From Dicyema japonicum (Eukaryota; Animalia; Dicyemida): a stretch of DNA of 64,000 nt. Within the stretch, counting starts at the first letter, position 1, and the number at the start of each line of letters is the position of its first letter. The DNA lies in contig RDEW01000033.1 in assembly GCA_011109175.1 (NCBI GenBank), positions 186,001-250,000 on the forward strand, written 5' to 3'. This document shows positions 25,600 through 38,193 of this stretch, piece by piece. The notes beneath the pieces are model-generated. The model was not told the DNA's origin. It saw only the letters and a program-made list of their open reading frames with translations, and searched no databases. The translations under genes were made by a program, and so were the position numbers.

Positions 25600-27460
25600 A
25601 AACAAGAAGCGATTATAACCCAATTGTGGTGAGATTAAAAGAGAGGACAACGTGAGGAGAATTCCTAGCAGTTACAATCACAAAGGTGCTAACTCGAAAT
25701 TGTATCGTGAAATCTCAGATGATAAAATTAAGAATTGTTACTTGGATAGCTTCAGTTCTCTGGAGAATGCCATCAGCTACTTTACCCAAATAATCTTGGA
25801 AGCAAATCAAGGGTTATACCCAAACATTACTTAAATTCGTCGAGGGAAAACGGCCTTGATTAAATAAAGAAATCAGCTTAAAAAATCTAACCGGATAACC
25901 TTGGATATGAAACTCCGGATCAGAACATTGAATAATAAATAAAGGCCGAAGAGCTCAAGGCCCAGAGGTTGAAGTGGAATCGTGTGCTTACAGTGGTGAA
26001 TAGAAATTGCACTACGGGAGAAGTGTGGAAAACTATTCGAAATATGACAAAAGGCGATGAAGTTTCAACAGAGGAGGATTATGTTCAAAGTGATGTGAAC
26101 AACTTGATAAAATTCTATACTAAAATTTCACACAAGGAGCACATGAAGTCTGATACATTACCATCACGCAGGAAATTAAAGAGACTATCAGAACCACTCT
26201 TTTTTTCGGAGAGATGTGAGGAATACAATACATTCCGTAAAAAAAAACGACATACTTCCACGGACCAGACAACATTCCTGTTATTTTATTAAAAAATCTT
26301 GGAGACGGGGAGTCACTTTCCTAAGGTCGGTTTTCAACTATTCGATTTACCAGAATGTGATACCGTTATTGTGGAAACAGGCACTAATACGGCCAATACT
26401 GAAACCTGGAAGATCAAGAGATGACCTGGTGTCTTTCAGACAGGTGTCACTACTATGTTCAATGTCAAAAATCATGGAGAAGCTTGTGCTCGGGAGAATA
26501 AAAGAATTTTTACCAGAGAGGCCTTTTCAATATGGATTCAAAAATGAGAGATCTACGTCTACACACTTACAAACATTGACCGACTTCATTCGAGTCGGAT
26601 TCACAACCAAGTCGAGACACTTTAAAACAGTGCTCTGCTCGATTGACATAGATAAAGCTTTTGACACAGTCTCGAGGAAGATTCTATCGAGAAAATATTT
26701 CAATTGGACATCCCAGAAAAGCTAAAGCTTTAAATCACCAACTTTCTAAGGGGACGTGTTTGCTTTGGAGGTCTAAAATCAATCTCACGTCTCCTCCCCA
26801 ATGGAGTCCCTCAATGATCTCCTTTATTTCCTGCACTTTTTGACCTCTTTCAGGCTGATCTTTCGACTCTTGAATCTGATAATGATGTTCTACTTTCCTA
26901 TGCGGATAATATTGTGTTGGCTTCACGAGATCAGGGCATCCAGAAGGCTACAGAAAGAATACAAATTAACCTTGACAGGCTTAATGCCTGGATAATGGAA
27001 AACGTGCTCGTGGTGAATGCAGAGAAGTCGTCTACGTCACTATTTACCTCTGACAAATTATTGGGAAAGAAGACAGTCACCTTGAAGTTAAACAAGGTCG
27101 GCATCCCTTTCAACAGATGTCAAAGGATCTTGGGTGTGACAATTGATATGCGCCTTGTGGGGACCGTCCATATCTTGGACAAATATGAGGAAAATTGAGG
27201 AAATGCAAAAGAGGGCTTACAGAGTAACGGAGCGTTAGATGTGTGAAGATCACCGAACCAGACCTACGCCTCTTAAGGCCGAGACTAGACTCCAGATCAC
27301 GGGAAGGTGGCCCTGAAAATTTGGGAAATCGTTCTGTACGTTCATGTGCGGGCACAAATGAAGAACACCGGGCAAAGATGAGGTTTCTGTTAGAATGCAT
27401 CGGGATCACGTGATAATTAGTTTGGTTTTACCGTGGTCTTGGGTTAAATAAATAAATAAC
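25600..27460 (+). mobile_element. Ingi/Vingi-like LINE (RT to 3' end), frameshifted
   Basis: FRQVSLLCSMSKIMEKLV, QYGFK, CSIDIDKAFDTV and YADN; 3' stem-loop and (TAAA)n tail at 27402-27458. Confidence 0.85.
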
Positions 27461-28079
27461 TACAAGGAAAAGTAAATTATTTTTTTTTTAATGTCATCCT
27501 GGGGGTCTCATGAGAAAGGTAGATGTCATGACTATACATTAATTGAGGGCAGGAAGAAAAGGGCAAAACATAGGAAGAGAATCTTTGACCAAGTTAAGAT
27601 ACCTTCACTGGCTTGTAGGAGGTTAGCGGTTATTATAGGCAGAAAATGCCGGTCACTCTCATAGATCAGTCAATTGTTACATTTTATTTGATAGATCTAG
27701 TGAATATTATTCATTATTACTTTTATTATGGAAAGAAATTTTGCATTTGTTTTTTCTAAGGAATTGCACTTTGTAAGAGTTTTTTCAATGAAACTCAAAG
27801 TCCAGAGTTGTCATCCACGTAGTAATTAAATTATTTCCATTCTGTTGGTTGATTCGTTCTCAATGCAATTTGTGTCAATAGTCAAATTTATATACTATTA
27901 GAATTGTTTAAGCACCCAAATATGTCGTACGCCTCCCTTGATATTAATGACGTCGACTAAAGAAATAATGAAAACATGTAGCCGAACTTGCCTAAAGAAG
28001 TCGTTTATTGACAGATGCGAAGCTCTCCCTTCAAAAGATCGGATTGACTTATTCCAATGCTCTGGGGACATCAACTAGA

Positions 28080-29160
28080 ACCCCAGGCCCCACAAAAATG
28101 AGAAATTCATGAATGTCATTCAACTCAACATAAGCTTTGCACACAAATCCACTGAACTTATTGCCTTTCTTGCCACTGACAAAATAGCTATTCCCTATTA
28201 CAGGAAACTAAACTATCCAGAAAATAAATTTTTCCTTATCTCAAAGACTATTCAATTGTCCGCCATTACTGAATGTTGTGTACTCAACCTTATACACAAG
28301 TCTGTCCCATTATGTTATGCTTCTACTCGGACACACACTCTAATTGAAGGTGACAGTTACATTGAACTTATTTCCATCCTTGTATATATGAATCACACAC
28401 ATTCGTGAATATTTACATCCCACCACCCGGTCCTACAATATTCCCCAACTGACTGAATTGCAAACATAATCTGCGGAGAAGTAAATTTCACTAACTTGTT
28501 AAAAGGGTGAGGGGGTTTCAGATCCTATCTCAACATGAGCGACTAGTCATCCTCAATGACAAAAACTCGTACATTCAAACAGCTTCCGGAGAAGGACAGT
28601 CTAATACTGATCTCATTTTGTGTTCCCGGTCACTATTTTATCCTGAAAAGTCAAATTCGACCTTCCTTCAGAATATAATCCAGTACATCTTTCGATTTAA
28701 CTACTCTCACCTATTGTTAGACATCTAAAACCATAATAAACACAAAAAACAAAAATCATATTCCAAGATACCTCATTAAAGATTACAATCTGCTCCAAGG
28801 AAATTATCGATTCATATAAGATTCCGACTAAAGAATCCTTGTGAGACCGAACTGTGAAATCACTGATTTAATCAACAAAAGTAAATTGTAACGATTGAAC
28901 AATTTCATTACCAAATTGACTACATGGCAAAACTTTTTGATGGATCCTATGTGATATTCAGTCGACACAAAATAGGTACAACTCATGCCATTGGTATTGA
29001 CAGGAATTTATCCCCACATGATTTCGCTCATCTGGCAGATATAATGGACGAATACACAAAAGTGAATCAACATGACAAAATTCTCTCGTCCATGTGAATT
29101 GAAAAATGTCTATACTCAAAAACCTATTTTAATCAACACTACTGATGTAGAAACCCTTAT
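28080..29160 (+). mobile_element. Decayed Ingi/Vingi-like LINE 5' part (APE)
   Basis: MNVIQLNI start; NIYIPPP, ICGEVN and SNTDLIL endonuclease remnants. Confidence 0.65.
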
Positions 29161-29449
29161 ATCGTGCTAATGCTCACTGCCTCGTGGCTGCTGGTGTCTG
29201 ATTCCTTTATTTTGTTTAATAAATTTAAAGTTAGAAAAAAACCAAAAACCCGGAGAACAAAATAATATGTTTGATGTGAGAAATGCTCTCGTTGCCCAAA
29301 TTTCTACACCTCAGTTGTTACATGATAACAGAAATGACTTGACAATCTATGCCAAATTGGTCATCCCCTTTATGCCTTGGGAATTAGTCACCTAAAGGAG
29401 TCCCTTTTTGGAATTAGTCGCAGCTGGTAATTCCACTTATGATCCCAAG

Positions 29450-30480
29450 ATCGGCTTGTCTAACTGCAGCCTTTTCTATTTCAAAGGGAAATTAAAGACG
29501 ACACTCGATGCCTGGATTCGCTTTCTCAGTTTTGCGACTTTTGTCCTTCGTTCACACGCAAGTGAAGTGAATAAAGGAACCTCAAATCAACTATCAAGAG
29601 AAATCCCTCTAAATACTAAACCGTCAGCATGCCGATTACACCTGGAAGTCTTTCGATCGCATCCTTATCATCCAGGGTAAAAAAGAGCAAGCGAGATCTA
29701 CGTGCAAAGGTTAACAAAAATATCATGGTCAGAGACATTCAGAAGATGGTACGTACACTCTCCAATAACGACAAAGTTCTTTTACCAGTAAGAGAGATCT
29801 TATAACAGATCATCTCAAAACATCAGCCTACTCTAGTAGATCTACTAAATTGGGATAAACATTCCTCATTTGATAACTGCCACCAGTTATATACGATCTG
29901 CTATTTCATCATTCACAAAAAGCAAGTGCTAACTTAACGGTCTACGTCCGAGCCATATTAGGACCTTACTTTGGTTGCTGCTGCACAGAACATCCTAATC
30001 AATGAAGGCTCTTACTGACCACATAGATATCCGATTACTCCCCCGAACTTCTGTATGCACCAAAATTAATTTCATTTAGAAAGCCTTGTGGTGGCCCATC
30101 GTTATAGGCAATGCATTCAGATGTCTGATAGAGTTATCAACTGAATTATTTTATGGATATCGGTTCAGTTGGAGTTTCTCGAACTGACTTTAGTCAACAA
30201 GAGGTTTCACGAGACAACTCTATTCTGATTGGAAAATGGTAGATACCTCTCGTTTTGTGTAGACGGCCTTTCCCCTCCAAACTTTGCACTGGTACAACTC
30301 ATCCAGAATTATCTTTGAAATTAATAGGCTTAAAGACATTGAGACCCATATTCAGGTAAACTAATGTTATTGAATATATAAACAATATATTTTACAAGGA
30401 GTCACCTGTCTTCGATGCTCTTTTCATGTATGTCGTCAGCATAATTATTTTTGTAAATATTTCCCCCATCACACAGTTAA
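29450..30480 (+). mobile_element. Probable decayed FLYWCH/MULE transposase
   Basis: Remnants such as FKGKLKTTLD and RCSFHVCRQ resemble FLYWCH and MULE CxxH motifs; heavily broken, and no TIRs were found. Confidence 0.4.
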
Positions 30481-30779
30481 ATAAAAATGGGTTCATACAA
30501 CCTTTGTGGAGCCCCTCTTCTCAGCAGATTTTCTTCTTATTCCAAAGCGTACAAACGACTCCATCGACAATAAAACAGCCACAAAAATGAAGAAAAGTTT
30601 AATAAACCACGTAAAAGGTCAGCATGCCAAATTACTAGAAATACCGAGACATAGAGTTGTGGGTAATCTCGTTACTTTAAGCAACATAGCTCTTAGATTT
30701 ATTAATGACAATAATTGCGTTGTGCTTCGACAAAAGAAAAAGTTGGGAACGCATTAACAACCAAGAAAGGAAAACTTTC

Positions 30780-31816
30780 TAATGAAGATAAACCGACAGC
30801 AAAGTCTAAATCAAAGAAGGGGATTGAAATACCCATAATGAACTATATGGGGATGTTGTGTCAGGACAAGTTGCTTCGTCTACCTTGACCTAATACTATA
30901 TGGGGATGTTGTGTCAGGACATTACTTGTAGTGAATCTGGAAATTAAAAACATGGCTTTGGGACGAATTAAACGTTTTAACATTCTATCAAAGTCAGCTA
31001 ATGCCATTAAGGTACAAATTAAACTAAGGAGATCAGGCATATTCACACTTGAATTTGCCTCAAAAGAGGACATGTACGCTTGTGTCGATGATTTTGGTTT
31101 GAATCCGTCATTTGGTATTGATGGACATGTTTTTACCACATCCGTTCTATATCCTTTTACTTTTGTTGTGATGGCAATCCCTTCTTGAGTTTCAGATGCT
31201 GAGTTGGATCTATACCGTACAAGAACTAGATGCCGCCAACTAGATGCTAACGATTCCAAAAATTCTGGCACATTTCGATTTTCTGCAAGGAAAAGGAAAG
31301 CTGCTTAATTTGTATTGGAGAGCACAACATGAAGTCTTGTTTGGCTAAGGACAGTAAAAGGAAATGCATTAACTGAGGGACAGTTGGTCATTTGGCTTGT
31401 TATAAAGGCTAATTTGAAGAAAGAACAAAAGACATGAGTAAGAAGGTGTTTCGACCCGTTAAGTGGGTAAAGCTGAGGCTGTTGAAAGTGTTTGGGAAAA
31501 ATCTACACGCCCCCATAAAATGTAATTTATCAACCCAAATGGATGCGAAAATATCGGTCGTGGATACTAACCGAACCTCTGACAATACAAACATTGTTTC
31601 CAATTACACAAACAAAGGTAATACTGTCATTACTCCTAATCTAATAAATTTTGTTAACCAACTGGTTGATATTTGTGCCGAAAAAAGACTTGACGTTCGG
31701 ATTTGTTGGCCCTTTTTTTAGAGAGGTAGAGGTTCTATAAGCATAAAGTCTGTTCCTACTATCATTGCGGTGAAAGCCTGATCCTTATAGAGAAGTAGAT
31801 CTGAGATTGTGTATAT
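30780..31816 (+). mobile_element. Decayed LINE ORF1 / APE start (host of the MULE insertion)
   Basis: Knuckle remnant FCKEKESCLICIGEHNMKSCLAKDSKRKCIN*GTVGHLACYKG near 31280-31410. An APE-like DLIIARD resumes after 33370. Confidence 0.65.
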
Positions 31817-31825
31817 GCTAATTTG

Positions 31826-33360
31826 GGTAACCAGAAAATTCATCTAAAGCAATTCGTCTAATTAACAATTCGTCTAATTAACAATTCATCTAAAGCAATT
31901 CGTATAATTACGAAAAGAAGAAAGAGTCCCTTGAAAAGACGGAAGATGTAAGAAGGCTTGCCTGCCTCAAAACAGCCAGTTGCCACTCGACGGGGGCCTG
32001 GATGAACGCTTATCCATCTGCCGAAATTGGAAACCTGTTGGATGATGAGGCTGTGAGAATAGCTACCTCGCTTCGTCTTGGTCTTAAATTGTGTGCCGAA
32101 AGAAAATGCCGCTGTGGACGTTGGATCGATCCTTTTGGTTATCATCCCTTGTCATGCAAGATGAGTGCGGGTCGTTTCCCCAGGCACTCCTGTCTTAACA
32201 TGACATTAAAGAATTCCCTTGCCTCTGTTGGACACCATTGCTTATTAGAACCTGCTGGTCTTTCCCGAAACGATGGAAAACGCCCTGATGGGATGACGAC
32301 TTTTCCATTCGCCAACGGACGAAACCTGATCTGGGACGCGACGTGTGTTGATACTTATTCCCCGTCTAATTTGGTTGCTTCTGCTTCAGACCCAGGACAT
32401 GCTTCAAAGCAGGCCGAGGAACGAAAGAGGAGGAAGTACCAGAGAATTTCGGAGGAGTATCTTTTTGTTCCATTCGCGGTGGAAACGTCAGGAATCCTTG
32501 GCCCCCAAGCAGATGAGTTGGTTCGTAAGATCGGCTCCATGATTCAAGCTGTGACCAAGGATCCGCGAGAGACTGGTTGGTTCCGAGAACGTATCTCGTT
32601 GGCTATTGTTAGGGGAAATAGCATGGCCATTCAGATGCCTTAATTTAATTTTTACATTTAAAAGTGTTCTTCAATAAATAAAATTTAAATTAACAATTTG
32701 TCTAAATCGTCATGTTTGTCTAATAACGATTAAATCATTTTATTCAAGATATTTAAAAAGAAATATTGTGAGCTATTCCTCTAAGATATTCATTTATATT
32801 GTCAAAACATTTATTTTGATATCTAATGTTGCGTATTGTCCTTTTAAGACTTTGAGTTAATGGAAACTTAGGTGTTGTGGTATAAGAACAGTTTCTAAAG
32901 CATTCAATATGACTGATTGTGGCGGATCATTTGTCGTTTTTGCCAGATTTTGTATTTTTAATATTATTTTTGTTGCTTCATTCTGTGCAGCATCAATTAT
33001 ATATATCATTAAGATTTTTAATAATTTGTTCATTTAAAGTCGTTATTCTTGCTCGACAATTTGTTTTATGGTATTCTTGGCACTTCCAACTGCATTTTTA
33101 TTCTTGTTGTTTTTGTAATAAGTTGAGAATTAATTTTTTTGAACTTTTTCCGATTCAATGAACTGAGGGATCATTTTAAAATGTAATAAAATGTAATTTT
33201 ACAGTTATAAATAATACTTTTACGCATTTAGGTTAATTAAGTCTCGATTGGTAATTTCCGTAAAGAAATGAGATAAACTTTGGATTTAAATAGATAGAAC
33301 GTGCAAATTAGGCGAATTGTTAATTAGACGAATTTTCTTTAGACGAATTAGCCGTGAACC
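31826..33360 (-). mobile_element. Non-autonomous MULE (Phantom-like) element with repeat-array TIRs and 9-bp TSD
   Basis: Identical 9-mer GCTAATTTG at 31817-31825 and 33361-33369. About 55 bp of imperfect TIRs are built from AATTCGTCTAATTAAC units. A FLYWCH remnant WKCQEYHKTNCRARITT lies on the minus strand near 33033-33092. Confidence 0.88.
32002..32643 (+). CDS. CRE-clade retrotransposon C-terminus: zinc knuckle + restriction-like (PD-D/E-xK) endonuclease, uninterrupted
   Basis: CRCGRWIDPFGYHPLSC...RH, RPDG, IWDATCVD, AEERKRRKY and FAVETSG. The frame is open from 31894; AATAAA-rich tail near 32674. Confidence 0.88.
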   Translation: MNAYPSAEIGNLLDDEAVRIATSLRLGLKLCAERKCRCGRWIDPFGYHPLSCKMSAGRFPRHSCLNMTLKNSLASVGHHCLLEPAGLSRNDGKRPDGMTTFPFANGRNLIWDATCVDTYSPSNLVASASDPGHASKQAEERKRRKYQRISEEYLFVPFAVETSGILGPQADELVRKIGSMIQAVTKDPRETGWFRERISLAIVRGNSMAIQMP

Positions 33361-33498
33361 GCTAATTTGCAGTGTTTCGTTATTAATAACTTACTTTAAT
33401 GATTTGATCATTGCGAGGGATTGCCATACTCGTTTGAATTATTATTCCGTTGTGTGGTAAAGTAACCAAGAATACAATTTATTAAAATCTAGACCTAA

Positions 33499-34151
33499 TC
33501 ATAAATTAGTAATAAAATTTTTCATTTTTGGTGGAAGAATCAAATAATTACTTCCAATTGCATTAAAAAGGCCATCGAGGGAATTAAACAACTTTATTTT
33601 ATTAATAAATTTTTTACTAAAATAAAAAAACGAAAAACCTAACAAAAAGCCTTGACAGTGATATAAACAAGCGAGTAACAATTTTAGGATAGACAATGTA
33701 AACTCCCTTAACTTTCTTTTTAATCCTTAAAATAAATAATAATAGTACATTCTATCAATTCTGAGGTGTGTTCTCTGAAACCAATAAAATGGAGGGATGT
33801 GCTTGGTTGTGTTTGGATATTGACAGTAGACTATAATAATCTTCTCCATTATTTGTTTTTCTATAAAATCTGTGATAAATCTAAAATAAGTATCTCAATG
33901 TACCTGTAAAGTTCATCCATTATGAGTGTATACTTTTCTGTTCCTGTGCTTGGTAGTTCGCACTCCCAAAAATACAAAATACAGGTGTCATTGTCAGTGA
34001 AACCTCCATGAGAGTAAACATTAATGTAAGGTTTAATTAAGTCAAAATTAGTAAAATATTGTGATGATTGACGAATATGACATATTTCATCCTCCACTGT
34101 GTATTCTGGGGCTATACTACATAATGAATCCGAATTATTATCTTTCATCAT
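33499..34151 (-). CDS. BNIP2/caytaxin/PRUNE2-family BCH (CRAL-TRIO-like) protein, 3 micro-introns
   Basis: Spliced translation gives IKPYINVYSHGGF...PFYWFQRTHLRIDRMIKKKVKGVYIVYPKIVTRLFISLSRLFVSKKFINKIKLFNSL, matching the BCH domain. Introns are 23, 23 and 22 nt. Confidence 0.88.
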
Positions 34152-35704
34152 TTAATTACTGAATAAATTATAATCTGATTATTTATTTTATTTTAAATTT
34201 TAATATAACTTGATATATATAAAATTTTATTTTATATATTTATTAACTTCAGGTTTACAGTATTTTCAAGTCCAGCATAAACAGTCACAGCTAAAGGAAG
34301 AAAGTCTGATTGTGCTTACCAAATCTATCCTCCAATAGTCCATTACAAATTTCCGCTTCAGAAGAGATGTAGAGAAGTAGGTTCGCCCTCTTTTATTTTC
34401 TTCTATTTTCATCTAAGCGAAGATCACTTCATTTATAAAAAATGTTTTGAATAATATTTTAATAAGTGCCTGATTCCTGGTTTGAATTTTGCTGCAGTTC
34501 ATTTCTACTGAAAGTTCCCTGCATCTGTGATTCTTTTTGGCTCGGTAACTGACGCCGTCATCCTACTCCTCTGCACTTTGTTAGGTTTAAAGGAGAGTAT
34601 TGGAAGGGCGTTCAATGGAATCTCGATATGTGTGTCGAGATTTTTTATTTGATAACTGAAGTGGTATATGCTGACGAAACTCTAAGAATTACTCAACATA
34701 GCACTTTACGCCCTTGAAAAATATAGATTTTGCCAGGAAAAACATTTTATTGAACAGACATTTAACAACTACTTGCTGTTCTCAGAATTAGAACGAATTT
34801 CCTCTGACGATCTGTAAGGGAAAGTTAACACAAAAAAAACCGACTATGTGACAATCGGCAGAGAAGTGAACTAAACAGACGAGAAATGGTAACATTCAAA
34901 AAAGGTCAGAACATTTTTGGGCAACAGTGAAGACATGTTATCATTCAACAAACTGCTGACGACTTGGGGACGTAATTAAATATATTGGTTTCCATTTGGT
35001 TATACATAAACTATTAAACTCAATATTGATTTATCATTAAGTCGATATCATTGATTGAACAAAATGTCAACTTTATTAGTTTATGATTACATATTTCCTG
35101 CACTGGTTCTATCTCAATATTTAGCATTTACCAGACTTAGTAACCACGTGATGATCACAAAAATAAAATTATGTCTTGTATAGTACTCACTCCTACTATT
35201 ATCTCCTTGTATATAGAGTATTATAATGAATGCAATCATTTGCTTTTTTGTAGGCCATTGATTATCCCAGTTGTCTTAGACGTGGCCGTTTTTAAAAATT
35301 AAATTATGTGTATTACTCAGGTGGTTATACCCTTAAATTAAAACTATTGCCCACTCTCAAATGGGTTTTTGATAGCATAGACTTCTTTTCACCCCCTATA
35401 ATTTAAAGTAATTGTCGGCAACGTTTTCTTGTTTATAAATTTTAGTATGAATTTAGTTTTGTCGAAAATACACGTTGAGTGCTTCGAGTAGTATATTGAT
35501 TAGTGTTTGCACATATTAATTGCTCACAAACTGAAGACAAATTAAAATTTGTGGCTGACTTAAAACAATGTAAAAACGATTTCCATGAAGAATGTATAAA
35601 GTTGAAATACTTTATTGAAACAATTAATGTAATATTTTATTAAATATATTTAAAATGACCAAAAATAAAAAAAATAAAATAATGTGAATCATATTTAAAA
35701 TTGT

Positions 35705-36633
35705 ATGAAGTTATGTAATAAAATAAGTAATAAAGTCATTTTGATTTTATTTCTATTTCTAATGATGATACATCAGTTTGTATCATTTAATGTAAGTGAA
35801 TGATGTTATTTTAGGGAATAATAAGAAAGGAAATAAAGGGTGAGGAATTCATATTAGTTAGTGCATATTATAATATTGGAAAATTCATAAAGCCAGGTGG
35901 TCCTCGTAGTCCTTCCGACTATTTTGAATGGATGTATAAATTTGGATTTATTGAAAACCATCTTGTTTTCTTTTCTGATGATGAGAAAATCCTCAGTCAC
36001 ATGAAAAAGATAAGAGAAAATCTCCCCACTACACTAATGCACATTAATAGATCAGAACTTGTTGGGTTTAAAAGAATTGACGAAATAAAACACATATTTA
36101 CACTCCCTGATTTTGGTGAATTTCCAGAAGAGACTGGTAATTCTGAATACAGTGCTATTATGCACTCCAAACATGATATGGTTAGGCGGACTATCAAACT
36201 CTTTTCTCATAAATTTTCATACATTGCTTGGGTTGATGCTGGTTTATTTCGTTATACTCGCCCTACCGTAAAGTTTTCACTAATGACATCAAGATATATG
36301 GACGACACACGCATATTAATGACTCAATCTAAAAAGTTTTATGATTATCCAATTCACAAAATTATTAAAAAGGCAAAGGTTTGGGTCTCTGGGGCTATTT
36401 TTGCTGGTCATGTTGATAGAATATCTGCATTTTGTGATGCTTATGGAACATTCTTTAACACATTGTTGTCTTTAAAATTGATTGCAACTGATGAACAAGT
36501 AATATACTCCATGTATTCAACTGAGGGGCTTGAAATTATGAATAATAACATCAATTTGAGTGTATTTCAATGTGATTATTATGGACTCTATGTTCTCTTT
36601 ACGAATGTATCTACTGAGGATTCATGTCCGTAG
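35705..36633 (+). CDS. HtrL/YibB-like protein with N-terminal signal anchor (putative glycosyltransferase-like), one 23-nt intron
   Basis: In-frame ATG at 35705 followed by hydrophobic VILILFLFLMM; intron 35792-35814; then ILVSAYYNIG...YSAIMHSK...YIAWVDAG...VSGAIFAG...TDEQVIY, the motif order of HtrL-family proteins. Confidence 0.7.
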
Positions 36634-37289
36634 ATTCTATTGATTTTATTGATTTAATGATAGTCTTTCATAGAAACAATAGATATTGATTAATATAGCT
36701 TAATATTTATAATAGTAGAAAATTAACATCTACACACGTGGGGCAATGCATTCCTTTACCAATTTCATAAAGATCGAAGCTTCCGGGAAAAAGACATTCA
36801 AGAGATTGACTTGCTCTACAAAATACATAAAACATGTTCATTCAGCTACGTTATACGCCCAATACGTGCTTGTGTGAGGTCTATGAGTATTTTTGTTGTC
36901 AACGGTTCCTTATTTAGAAGGTATAAACTCTGAGATCGTTGCCAAATGGAAATTTTTAATATATTTCTATCACTATTTTGAAATTTTTAATTGGGGCTCC
37001 TAAATTTCTCTGAGTCTTATTCCTTTTAGTTATTGGAAGTGCATAGGCATTCTCGGTATTAATTTCGATGAGGACCCTGTTAATTTGAATGTTAACGGTC
37101 GTTAATATTGATAGAACTAAATGTTAATTATCATAATATAGGTGAACTATTTTTTATGACAGGGGCTTCATTATGGTATGAGGCATTGAACATGCAATGG
37201 GAGTTACTCCTCATGATCGTGAGCCCAATGTTCTGGAGGAGTCGTCGTGCCATTCTAGGCTCTTCTTTTCTTCAGTAGTACAAGCCGCC

Positions 37290-38100
37290 AGATCAACCTG
37301 ATAAACGTTGCCGTACTGAGGCCATTCATAGAAATTGTTCTGAGCGCGATGTTTTGGATTTTATGTAATTTGTCAATAGAATTGAGACAAAAGTTTACCA
37401 ACATAGTTAACTGTGGTTCATATGAATGTTTATGATGGTTAGACCCTCTGCCAGCGGCGATAACTAAATAAATTATAGACTAATTAAAATTCGGATCGCT
37501 CCTTTGTTGTCAACAAATGTCTGAACGATATGCAATTGTCATAGCAAGGAGAAAGTCACTGACCGCGCTTCATCACGAAGAGCGACAAGGGAATTCACAG
37601 CGAACATGCACCTTCCATCGATTATTATTATTAAACCACAGGCTTAGGAATGTATCTGAGCTGCATTCTATGAAAAGAGTTCCGACTGTCCATTTCAGGC
37701 GTTGTGAGTTCCCAGGTAGAAGAGTTGTAAAGTAAAACCGGTTTTACGAACATATTGTATAATTTGAATTTTAAAGAGGCAGAAATTTGTTTACCTCGTA
37801 ACCATACGTTGTTTAGTCTTTTAAGAACGAAAGTTGCTAGTGATTTTCTTCGTAGTATGTTTTCTGTATCTCCTAAGAGAGTGCCAAGTTTCTTCCATTT
37901 TTTTCGTGTCGTTGTTTGCATCGCCTTACTATAGTATATTCTGTTTTCTCGGTGTTATTTTTAGGAATGAATTTTTCAAATGTTTTGGCAAATTTGTCGA
38001 TAATACCTTCTAATTGGTGGTCTGTTGCCGTGAGATCTATGTCATCTGCGAAGATGACTTCCGTTATATGTCTGGGGATATTATTCCTGGGAATAAAGTA
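37290..38100 (-). mobile_element. RTE-like LINE 3' fragment
   Basis: FADD, KKLGTLLGD and KPVLLYNSSTW. Confidence 0.8.
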
Positions 38101-38193
38101 TTGATTTTTATAAAAATTATATTTTATTAATAAAATGTTTATTATTTTATTATAATAAATAATATAATCGCCAACTGTGTCATTCTTTGTGTT

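Noticed and set aside
29165-29215. HDV-like ribozyme (CACTGCCTCGTGG resembles P3/L3)
   Set aside because: No P1 5' strand or correctly ordered P2, P4 and J4/2 elements could be found.
30842-30921. 27-bp direct repeat flanking a 26-nt spacer (mini-CRISPR-like)
   Set aside because: Only two copies inside a decayed LINE ORF1; best explained as a local duplication or TSD.
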